Virus record (IMG/VR): IMGVR_UViG_3300045988_068629
Location: 1 to 48,634 of that record
Origin: a virus
Direction: 5' to 3' (one strand)
Length of the DNA stretch: 48,634 bases
Shown: one piece after another, positions 41,181 through 48,634 of the stretch
Layout: every line of letters starts with the position of its first letter
Position numbering within the stretch: position 1 is the stretch's first letter
Notes under the pieces: generated by a model
The model's input: only the letters and a program-made list of their open reading frames with translations
What the model was told of the DNA's origin: nothing
Databases searched by the model: none
Program-made: the position numbers and the translations under genes

Positions 41181-41383
41181 GAAGTCCACACGGCAGGAGG
41201 GGGGCTATTTGCGCCCATTTCGGTTGGACGTTGGATTACTTGACGAATGGCATTGCTTGGTCTGTGGTGCAGAAGATGATGCTTGACGCACCAAGCTACG
41301 ACATGGGCGATGGCGAAGAGGAGCTTTCACTGACTGAGAGCAACCGCGATAGTATTATGGATTATGTGAACAGCTTAATGTAG
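40608..41383 (+). CDS. Tail assembly chaperone frameshift product (gpGT-like), -1 shift at 41102-41108
   Basis: The -1 ORF (41087..41383) overlaps the end of the chaperone gene and stops 4 nt before the tape measure ATG. This is the conserved G/GT arrangement of tailed phages. The predicted product is about 258 aa. Confidence 0.6.
41102..41108 (+). other. Candidate -1 programmed frameshift slippery heptamer T_TTT_TTG
   Basis: Zero-frame codons are GAT TTT TTG. The -1 frame stays open from here to 41383. Confidence 0.6.
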
Positions 41384-41386
41384 AGC

Positions 41387-44300
41387 ATGGCAAACATTGA
41401 TGGTGGTGCGCTTTCGTTCAAGTCGGTCATGGACAATGACCAGATGAATGAAGCTATTGAGGAGACGTTGCGCAGGGTGCAAGGCTTGTCAGATGCAACA
41501 GTTGCAGGTGGTAAGAAGATGGACAGCGCCTTTGTGCACACCGCTGACGGCATACGTCAGGCGATTTCGCAGATTGGTCAGGCTGTGGACATCCATGAAG
41601 CTAAGCTTGGGGAGCTGACGGGTCAATACGTCCAGCTTAGTGACAAGATTGGTGCAGCCATGGCGTCGGGTCGCACCGACGAAGCGCGCGCCATGAGGGA
41701 GACGCGAAATGCTATATCAGGAGAGATTGCCGTGCGCGAGAAGGCGATTGAAGAGGCGAAAGCCCTTGCCGCTGAGCTTGAAAAGGAGGCACAGAAGCGC
41801 GAGCAGGCAAACAAGCAGGTTGAGGCAAACGCGCAGGCACATCGGTCTTTGCGCGGTCAGATTCGCGCATTGAAAGAGGAGATGGCGCAGCTTGTCTCGC
41901 AGGGTATCGATGAGCAAAGCGAAGCTTACAAGGCGCTTGTAAATGAGCTTGGGAGACTGCAAGACATTCAGGGGGACATTGCCACGCAGGGCAGAATACT
42001 CGCGAACGACGAAGCTAAGTTCCAGGGCTTCATTCAAGGCGTTTCCGGCTTGTCAGGTGCATTTTCAGCCGCCACAGGTGCCGTTTCCTTGTTTGCAGGT
42101 GAGAACGAGAACTTGCAACGTGTGATGACGAAAGTGCAGAGCGTCATGGCTATTGCTATGGGCTTGCAATCAGTTGCACAGACCCTCAACAAGGACAGCG
42201 CTTTTCAGCTTGTCACGCTCAATGGCTTAAAGGAGTGGTGGGCAGGTATCGTAGCGAAGTCCACCGCGGCGGAGGTTGCCGAAACGACTGCAACGGTCGC
42301 CAATACGGCGGCGCGTCAGGCACAGACAGCCGCCACGGTGCAAGGAACGGTTGCACAGGGTGCTAATGCCGTTGCCCAGGGTGCGCAGACCACGGCAGCT
42401 GCAACAGGCACGGTTGCCAACCTCACTCTTGCGGGTGCATTCAGGGCTGTTGGTCTTGCTATTAAGTCAATCCCCGTATTCGGGTGGCTCTTAGCAGGCT
42501 TGTCGGCTATCGTGGCTATCTCTACGCACTTTGCAAGCAAGGCGCGTGAGGCACGCAAGGCGCAAGAGGAGTTTACAAAAGCGATGATTGAAGGGGCATA
42601 CAAGCCAATCGGCAAGCTTGAGGAGCTTTCAGCGAAGTACACCGCCCTTGGCAACAACATCAAGGAAAAGGAGCAGTTCATCAAGGACAACAGAAAGGCG
42701 TTTGACGAACTCGGCGTAGCTGTAACCAACGTTCGCGATGCCGAAAATCTACTTATCAACAACAAGGATGCTTTCATTTCGGCGCAGATTGCCAAGGCAA
42801 AGGCTATGGTGCTTGCTCAAAATGCCTCGGAGAAGATAAAGAAGCAGATGGAGTTGCAGGCTGAGGTGGAGAAGATGCCTGACAGAGTGACCGTTGCAAT
42901 GACCGGTGGTAGTGCGATGGGAGGTTACACGACATCCACGCTGAATAACACCATCAAGGAGAAGAAGCGCAAGGAGATTGAAGCCCTGCAAAAGGAGATT
43001 CGCGAGGACTTCAAGCGCGCAGCCGAAGAAGAAGCAAACGAGTACAACAAGCTCAAAAAGGCGGGTATCAAGAGTGCCGGCACATACGCGCAAGGCACGA
43101 TTGGCGCTATTGAGAAGGCTATTGCAGAGAAGCAGGAAGCCTTGAAGCATTTGAAGCCCAACACCACGGAGTGGAAGAAAGCAAACAAGGAGATTGAGGC
43201 ACTGCAAAAGCAGATAGAGAAGCCCACAAGAAAGCATGCAGGCTCTTCAAGGAAGGAGAAAGACCCCTTTATTGAGCAGCTGGACAAGCGAAAAGCAGAG
43301 TACGAGCGACACAAGAAGTGGCTCAATTCGGGTGATGACGTGCTTATAAAGTCTGCATCAACGGAGTTCAAGGGGCTACTTGCACAGGGTGCGACCTACA
43401 TTGACTATCTCAAAAAGCAACGTGATGAGATACTTTCCATCGATGCTGACAAGCGCACCAAGGAGCAAAACAAAAACCTGAGTGCGCTGAATGACCGCCT
43501 TGCCGAGGAGACAAAGAAGACGGTATTGGAAGCTTTCAATGAAGAGCTTTCAAAGCAGCTCGGCAATGCCAAGACGACGTTGGAAATGCTCAATATCATT
43601 GCACAGAAGCGCAAGGAGCTGGCAGACGATGACAGCGAGCTTGGTAGCGACAAGAAGAAGACGCTTGACGACGCTGATGTAAACGCTGTGCAGAAACAGC
43701 AGGAGGAGACGAAGAAGTTGCTTGAAGACTACGCTTCCTACCTTGACAAGAAGATACAGCTTGACTTGGAGTACAACAACGACCTCGCTCTCTTGGAGCG
43801 TGCGCGCGCCAAGGCAACCACCGATGAGGAGCGCAAGAAGATTGATGCAGCTATCGCCAACCGCGCGAAGCAGTATGCCAAGGATAGTAAGACCTCGGGT
43901 GATAGCGACTTTGACCAGCTGTTGCAGACTTACCGGAGCTTTGAGGAGAAGAAAGATGCCATCATTGAGGAGTTCAGCGAGAAGCGCGCGCGGGCTTTGG
44001 AGCATGGCAATACGGAGCTTGTCGAGCGCCTCAACAAGGCGCAAAACGAAGCATTGTCAAGACTTGCTATTGACGAAATGAAGCTATCCCCCGATTGGGA
44101 GAAGGTGTTTGGCGACCTTGACGAGGTCGGCACAAAGGAGCTGGAACGCCTGCTTGCTTCCATCGAGGGGAAGACCGCCATTCTTGGTGTGGAGCTATCC
44201 CCAGCGGACTTCAAGGCTATTCAGGACAAGGTAAAGGAGCTAAAGGACGAGATACGAGAGCGCAATCCTTTCAAGGCGCTTGCCAAGTCCTTTGGGGACT

Positions 44301-45475
44301 TCAAAAAGGCTACCACTGACGGCGAAGCTACCGCGGCATTGTCGGCGATGTTTGACAGCGCGGCGAAGTCAGGTCAGCAGTTAAAGGGTGTAATCTCTGA
44401 TGTGACAAGTACCCTGGAGGAATTAGGTGTAAAGGGTACAGAAGAAGTTGGTCATGTTATCCAGGCGCTGGAGGGGCTTGCTGACGGAGCGCAAAATGCC
44501 GTCATGGGCATTGTTTCGGGGAATCCCGTGCAAGTCGTGAGCGGAGCAATCAAGGCGGTCAGCTCTGTTGTCAAGTATTTCACGGGGGCAAACGACCGCC
44601 GTGCAGAGCGCTCTATCAAGCGACATCAGGCGAATGTAGCCGAACTCACGTCTGCTTACAAAGACCTTGAATGGCAAATCTCTAAGGCGCTGTCAGGTAG
44701 CAAGTACAAGCACCAGCAGGCGGCTATTGACAACATGAAGCAACAGCAAAAGGAGCTTCAAGGGATGATTGCCGCCGAGGGGAGCAAGAAGAAGAAGGAC
44801 AACGGCAAAGTCAATGAGTGGAAGGAGCAGATAAAGGAGATTGACAGAACGATAGCTGACACCATTGAGAGCATGAACAAGAGCTTGCTTGACACTGATG
44901 TCAAGAGCGTTGCATCGCAGCTTGGTGACGCTATTGTTGGTGCTTTTGAGAGTGGCAAGGATGCCGCCGTCGCTTGGGGTGAGAGCGTCAAGGGCATTGT
45001 GAACAACGTTGTCAAGAACTTGCTAATCCAAAAGGTACTGCAAGAGCCTATTGACAAGATTATAAGCAAGTACACATCAAAGTGGGTGGGCAAGGATGGC
45101 GCTTTTGTGGGCTTTGATGCCGTTGTGAGCGATGTGAGCAGCTTGTCAAGCGAGCTGACGGGGCTTTATCCTCAACTTGAGCAAGCCATTGGCGCGCTCA
45201 AAAACAAGCTCAACATCACAGCGCCGGAGAATGATACATCACTGACCGGTGCGGTCAAGGGCGTCACCGAAGAGACGGCGAGCATTGTTGCAGGTCAGAT
45301 GAATGCAATGAGAATTAACCAGGTGGAAGCGTCAGCCATCTTGCGTCAGCAGCTCACAGCGCTCAACTCTATTGTGCAAAATACGTCTTACAACCGCATG
45401 TTGGTGGAGATACACAAGGAGCTGAGAGCGATGAATGGAGGTGCAGACCCGTTGCGCTCCCAGGGGTTAGCATAA
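41387..45475 (+). CDS. Tape measure protein
   Basis: 1362 aa with extensive coiled coil. An Ala/Thr/Gln-rich region and a TM-like segment (IPVFGWLLAGLSAIVAISTHF) are present. The position is canonical. Confidence 0.9.
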   Translation: MANIDGGALSFKSVMDNDQMNEAIEETLRRVQGLSDATVAGGKKMDSAFVHTADGIRQAISQIGQAVDIHEAKLGELTGQYVQLSDKIGAAMASGRTDEARAMRETRNAISGEIAVREKAIEEAKALAAELEKEAQKREQANKQVEANAQAHRSLRGQIRALKEEMAQLVSQGIDEQSEAYKALVNELGRLQDIQGDIATQGRILANDEAKFQGFIQGVSGLSGAFSAATGAVSLFAGENENLQRVMTKVQSVMAIAMGLQSVAQTLNKDSAFQLVTLNGLKEWWAGIVAKSTAAEVAETTATVANTAARQAQTAATVQGTVAQGANAVAQGAQTTAAATGTVANLTLAGAFRAVGLAIKSIPVFGWLLAGLSAIVAISTHFASKAREARKAQEEFTKAMIEGAYKPIGKLEELSAKYTALGNNIKEKEQFIKDNRKAFDELGVAVTNVRDAENLLINNKDAFISAQIAKAKAMVLAQNASEKIKKQMELQAEVEKMPDRVTVAMTGGSAMGGYTTSTLNNTIKEKKRKEIEALQKEIREDFKRAAEEEANEYNKLKKAGIKSAGTYAQGTIGAIEKAIAEKQEALKHLKPNTTEWKKANKEIEALQKQIEKPTRKHAGSSRKEKDPFIEQLDKRKAEYERHKKWLNSGDDVLIKSASTEFKGLLAQGATYIDYLKKQRDEILSIDADKRTKEQNKNLSALNDRLAEETKKTVLEAFNEELSKQLGNAKTTLEMLNIIAQKRKELADDDSELGSDKKKTLDDADVNAVQKQQEETKKLLEDYASYLDKKIQLDLEYNNDLALLERARAKATTDEERKKIDAAIANRAKQYAKDSKTSGDSDFDQLLQTYRSFEEKKDAIIEEFSEKRARALEHGNTELVERLNKAQNEALSRLAIDEMKLSPDWEKVFGDLDEVGTKELERLLASIEGKTAILGVELSPADFKAIQDKVKELKDEIRERNPFKALAKSFGDFKKATTDGEATAALSAMFDSAAKSGQQLKGVISDVTSTLEELGVKGTEEVGHVIQALEGLADGAQNAVMGIVSGNPVQVVSGAIKAVSSVVKYFTGANDRRAERSIKRHQANVAELTSAYKDLEWQISKALSGSKYKHQQAAIDNMKQQQKELQGMIAAEGSKKKKDNGKVNEWKEQIKEIDRTIADTIESMNKSLLDTDVKSVASQLGDAIVGAFESGKDAAVAWGESVKGIVNNVVKNLLIQKVLQEPIDKIISKYTSKWVGKDGAFVGFDAVVSDVSSLSSELTGLYPQLEQAIGALKNKLNITAPENDTSLTGAVKGVTEETASIVAGQMNAMRINQVEASAILRQQLTALNSIVQNTSYNRMLVEIHKELRAMNGGADPLRSQGLA

Positions 45476-45485
45476 ACGAAGCGAT

Positions 45486-46001
45486 ATGAATGCAATAGCG
45501 AAGGAGCTTGCGAGGCAAGCCAAGAAAGCGGGCATCTGCGAGGAGTGGCACGGGCAGTTAAAGCTTCTTACAGACAAAGACGCGATGATAGACATGTACA
45601 TCAAGGGGATTGACTTCTGCTTGTCCAACGACTACCCAAGCAATGACTACATCAGGGAGCATTTCAAGGGCGCAATGGAGAAGAAGGGCATCTACCTTGA
45701 TGATGAGATAATGCTTAGCAATCCACGTAGGTGCGTGGCGCTCGGACGCACCGTGGGGAGCGTTGTTGTTGGTGGCTATGGCGTGTGCGAGGTCTTTGCA
45801 AAGCATGATTCTGTGCTGGTCATCAGTGCAAGCGGGAATGCCTTTGTGGAGATTGACATGTTTGATGCTTCGGAGGTGTCTGTACATACGACAGAGCGCG
45901 CCAAGGTGCATATCAACAGATATGGCGGTCGGCTGACCACCGACCAGCGAGGCGACAGCGTCATCAAGGTGGTTGAAAAGGATACAAAGACTTATCGATA
46001 G
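45486..46001 (+). CDS. Hypothetical tail/baseplate-associated protein
   Basis: 171 aa, between the tape measure and the Dit-like gene. Confidence 0.4.
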   Translation: MNAIAKELARQAKKAGICEEWHGQLKLLTDKDAMIDMYIKGIDFCLSNDYPSNDYIREHFKGAMEKKGIYLDDEIMLSNPRRCVALGRTVGSVVVGGYGVCEVFAKHDSVLVISASGNAFVEIDMFDASEVSVHTTERAKVHINRYGGRLTTDQRGDSVIKVVEKDTKTYR

Positions 46002-46002
46002 T

Positions 46003-47205
46003 ATGGGAGCAAGGGAACAGGACATCATTTTGAACGTGCCGTTTGACGAGAGCAGAGGTGCGTCAGTCGCCTATGATTACAGCGTCAAGCGTGCAGATAT
46101 ACAGCTTCACAACGCCTCTTTTTCGGCTGGTCGCAATGGCAACGCCGTGGAGTTCACGGGGGACGGCTACGGGGAGGTGGTGAAGCAGATATTTGACAAC
46201 CTCAATGGAGATTTCACGATAGACTTTTATGTACACTCGCTTGTAGATGGCACGGGCTTTACATGGTATCTGAACTTCAGCGGAGGGGAGGATAACCGCC
46301 TGGAAGTGCCAATCAGCGCGGGTGCAGGACGATGGACGAACGTAGCTCTTGTCCGCAAGGGCAGTTCATTCAGCTTCTACCAAGATGGGCAGCTGGTCGC
46401 CGAAGAGACGAAGGCAGACAACCTTCTCGGACTTGTCCTTAATCAAGACCTCTACGGGAGTGACTATGGCGTGTGCCTTGTCGACGACTTGAAGATTTAC
46501 AACACAGCATTAACCAAAGAAGAGCTTAAAGAAGTGGCAGGAGAAGATAAGCGCCAGGTATACACCCTTGACGGCGTTGATTTCAGGGAGTTTGGGGTGT
46601 TCGTATCTGATTCCGATGGCATCCTAAACAGACCCAAGTTGAAGACCCTCGCAAGTATCTCTTGGGACAATTACCATGGTGAGGATGTAGACCTCAACCA
46701 TAAGTACTACGAAGCGCGGGAAATCACTCTATCTTGCTTCATCAAGGCGAGTAACAAGATGGAGTTCATCAACCAAATGGCACGCTTTGAGCAGCTGTTT
46801 GACAAGCGCGGCTTACACCGCCTTGTTATCGATGTCCACCCGACCAAGCCCCTGATTTACGAGGTGTATTGCAAGGACGAAATCAGCGTCTCAAAGCGCT
46901 GGAGTGATACCTTGATGGTAGGCACGTTCAAACTCAAGCTAACAGAGCCACAGCCCGTCAAGCGCGTATTACGCCACGTTCGTGTGTCAGATGCTACGAA
47001 GACATGCACAATCACCCTGACGAGTAGCAAGCTTGTAAACATCTTTTGGGGTGACGGTGAAGTTCAAGAGGACATTTCAGGCAATAACGTGACAATTTCA
47101 CACACCTACAAGGAAGACGGCGAGTATTTCCCCGTCATCACAGGGTGCATTGACGAAATCGAAGCATTTACCACCAACGCCATTGTTGTATGGAACAAAT
47201 TGTAG
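46003..47205 (+). CDS. Distal tail protein (Dit-like) with an N-terminal LamG/concanavalin-like domain
   Basis: N-terminus: GRNGNAVEFTGDGYGEV..GDFTIDFYV..ALVRKGSSFSFYQDGQLV..DDLKIYNTALTKEEL (LamG_3 pattern). C-terminus: YTLDGVDFREFGVFVSDSDGILNRPKLK (siphovirus Dit-like). Confidence 0.5.
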   Translation: MGAREQDIILNVPFDESRGASVAYDYSVKRADIQLHNASFSAGRNGNAVEFTGDGYGEVVKQIFDNLNGDFTIDFYVHSLVDGTGFTWYLNFSGGEDNRLEVPISAGAGRWTNVALVRKGSSFSFYQDGQLVAEETKADNLLGLVLNQDLYGSDYGVCLVDDLKIYNTALTKEELKEVAGEDKRQVYTLDGVDFREFGVFVSDSDGILNRPKLKTLASISWDNYHGEDVDLNHKYYEAREITLSCFIKASNKMEFINQMARFEQLFDKRGLHRLVIDVHPTKPLIYEVYCKDEISVSKRWSDTLMVGTFKLKLTEPQPVKRVLRHVRVSDATKTCTITLTSSKLVNIFWGDGEVQEDISGNNVTISHTYKEDGEYFPVITGCIDEIEAFTTNAIVVWNKL

Positions 47206-48634
47206 TCACAAGAAAGGACGGCACGACCTACCCCCTTGCCGTCAAGAAAGACGCCACCGGAATCAAGCAGGCTACCCAATCATGGGGCTTGCTTGGTGAC
47301 GATGTGGTAAACATCACGGTGGAAAGCCCCTACCCGCAGACCTACGCAATAGGGGATAGCATCAGCGTGTTTGGGCGCACGTACCGACTTAATCAGTTGC
47401 CAAGGGTCAGACGCACGGGGGCGCATAAATACGCCTATGACCTGACCTTTGAGGGGGTGCAGTATGACCTTTTGCGGGCTTTCTACGATGTGACCATTGA
47501 GACGACCGGCAACACCTTGCAAGACGTGCATGGGGATGCCCTCACGGGGGATTTGAGACGCTTTGCCACCGTGCTTGTCTCCAATGCCAACCGCGTGTTT
47601 CCTGGAAAATGGCAGCTTGGCACGTGTCCCGCGACCATTGCAGACAAGACGCTGACTTTTGGCGATGGTGATAATTGCCTTGCCGTGTATCATAATCTGT
47701 GCAAGACCTTTGACGTGGAGGCGACTATCTCGGAGAGCGCAGGAGTGTACACCATTGACTTTGCCAAGAGGGTAGGTGTGACGCACCCATTTACCTTTGA
47801 GTTTGGCAAGGGTGGGGGGCTGTACGCCCTTGACAGGCAGAACGTTGACAGCTCAAACATCGTCACCCGCCTAAAGGTGTATGGGTCAAGCGACAACATC
47901 ACGAACAAGTACAGAGCGCAGCGCCTGTGTCTCCCTGGCAAGAGCAAGGCGCAGTCATTCATTGAGCAGGCGGATGCCGTGGCGCACTACGGAGTGCATG
48001 AAGCTCGCAAGGTGTTTGATGACATCAAGCCTACATTCAACGGTAAGATAACGGCGGTCGTTGCTGGAAGTGTCCTGCAGTTCCAGGATGCCGCCATGTT
48101 TGACTTAAACGCCAAGGAGGCTGACGGCAAGACAACGAAGTACCTTGTGGCGGGTGTGAGTGCCAAGATACACTTTAACACCGGCAACCTCGCTGGTTAC
48201 GAGTTTGACATCAGCAAGTATGACCACGCAACAAAGACTTTCACGCTCAAAAAGCTAACAGACGACCGTGGCGACGTCTTCCCGTCGGCAAGCTCTACGG
48301 CATTTCAGTTCGCCGTGGGAGACGAGTACAAGATACTTGATGTAACGCTCCCCGAACGCTACCAGCAGGAGGCGGAGCAGAAGTTGCAGGGGCGAGCCAC
48401 GGAGTACTACCGACAGAACAGCCAGCCAAAAGTGAAGTACGGGCTATCTGTTACAAAGTCCTACTTGCAGAAGCTGTTTAGAGGTGGAGAAGCAACGGGG
48501 CTTTTCTCCCCTGGCGACTACATCAACGTGAAGGATGAGAGCATCGGCGTAGATAAGGCTGTTCGCATTCAGAGCTTGGAGCGCAATTTGCTTGATGTGT
48601 ACAGCTACACATTGACGCTCGCAGATGTGGCGGA
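47190..48634 (+). CDS. Tal-like tail protein, N-terminal part; the ORF has no stop in the window and continues at nt 56
   Basis: The ATG at 47190 overlaps the upstream gene by 16 nt. I read the frame codon by codon to 48634 and found no stop. It is absent from the supplied ORF track. The N-terminus resembles a prophage tail endopeptidase / minor structural protein domain. Confidence 0.8.
   Translation, partial: MEQIVVTRKDGTTYPLAVKKDATGIKQATQSWGLLGDDVVNITVESPYPQTYAIGDSISVFGRTYRLNQLPRVRRTGAHKYAYDLTFEGVQYDLLRAFYDVTIETTGNTLQDVHGDALTGDLRRFATVLVSNANRVFPGKWQLGTCPATIADKTLTFGDGDNCLAVYHNLCKTFDVEATISESAGVYTIDFAKRVGVTHPFTFEFGKGGGLYALDRQNVDSSNIVTRLKVYGSSDNITNKYRAQRLCLPGKSKAQSFIEQADAVAHYGVHEARKVFDDIKPTFNGKITAVVAGSVLQFQDAAMFDLNAKEADGKTTKYLVAGVSAKIHFNTGNLAGYEFDISKYDHATKTFTLKKLTDDRGDVFPSASSTAFQFAVGDEYKILDVTLPERYQQEAEQKLQGRATEYYRQNSQPKVKYGLSVTKSYLQKLFRGGEATGLFSPGDYINVKDESIGVDKAVRIQSLERNLLDVYSYTLTLADVA
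48580..48634. repeat. Terminal overlap, identical to 1-55
   Basis: Same 55-mer as the window start. Confidence 0.95.

Larger units (their letters stand above)
1..48634. mobile_element. Complete temperate tailed-phage genome (circular assembly), siphovirus-like organisation, probable Bacteroidota host
   Basis: Contains integrase, attP-like repeats, a cI/cro-like switch, a replication module, TerS/TerL/portal/capsid genes, a tape measure, tail fibre genes and a lysis cassette. The two ends share an identical 55-nt sequence. TAnnTTTG promoter boxes are present and no SD sequences are evident. Confidence 0.85.

Noticed and set aside
1-48634. CRISPR arrays, rRNA/tRNA genes, transposases or IS elements
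   Set aside because: I saw no repeat-spacer periodicity, no rRNA-like or cloverleaf-like segments, and no DDE or HUH transposase motifs in any long ORF.

Overview
The window is one complete, circularly closed genome of a temperate siphovirus-type dsDNA phage. About 48,579 bp are unique, because nt 1-55 are identical to nt 48580-48634. The host is probably a member of the Bacteroidota: several intergenic regions carry TAnnTTTG -7 boxes and no Shine-Dalgarno sequences are evident. All calls come from reading the sequence and the ORF translations by eye; no database searches were run. Gene order: tail fibre and receptor-binding cluster (47190 through the junction to 4912); lysis cassette with membrane protein, holin, GH108 endolysin and a unimolecular-spanin-like lipoprotein (4909-6868); a minus-strand acidic moron; lysogeny module with a CI-type HTH gene, attP with six CGTGTAC arm repeats, a tyrosine integrase, two further HTH genes and a cI/cro-like switch (7663-11097); early, recombination and replication genes including an SMC/SbcC-like ATPase, RecT, an MBL-fold hydrolase, a DUF4373 initiator, a DnaC-like loader, a DUF4406-DnaA_C fusion, a C5-methyltransferase, SSB and a RuvC-like resolvase (11102-25126); packaging and head genes including a ParB-like protein, TerS, TerL, portal, minor head protein, scaffold and major capsid (25205-38439); tail genes including the tube protein, a chaperone with a -1 frameshift, a 1362-aa tape measure, a LamG-Dit protein and a Tal-like protein. 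The most interesting observation is a candidate ADP-ribosylation writer/eraser module. The minor head protein ends in an R-S-E ADP-ribosyltransferase domain. A convergent minus-strand operon overlapping its 3' end encodes an ADP-ribosylglycohydrolase and an unknown protein. All three lie in an AT-rich compositional island (about 31.3-34.0 kb) inserted in the structural module. Other notable signals are: a 510-bp non-coding region with three copies of the palindrome ATGCAATTGCAT and a fourth copy inside the replication-initiator gene; a recurrent GTATCACTATAAAA box at module boundaries; a diverged duplication of a three-gene module, one copy having a frameshifted MazG-like gene; and a tRNA-Ser-like attP core.
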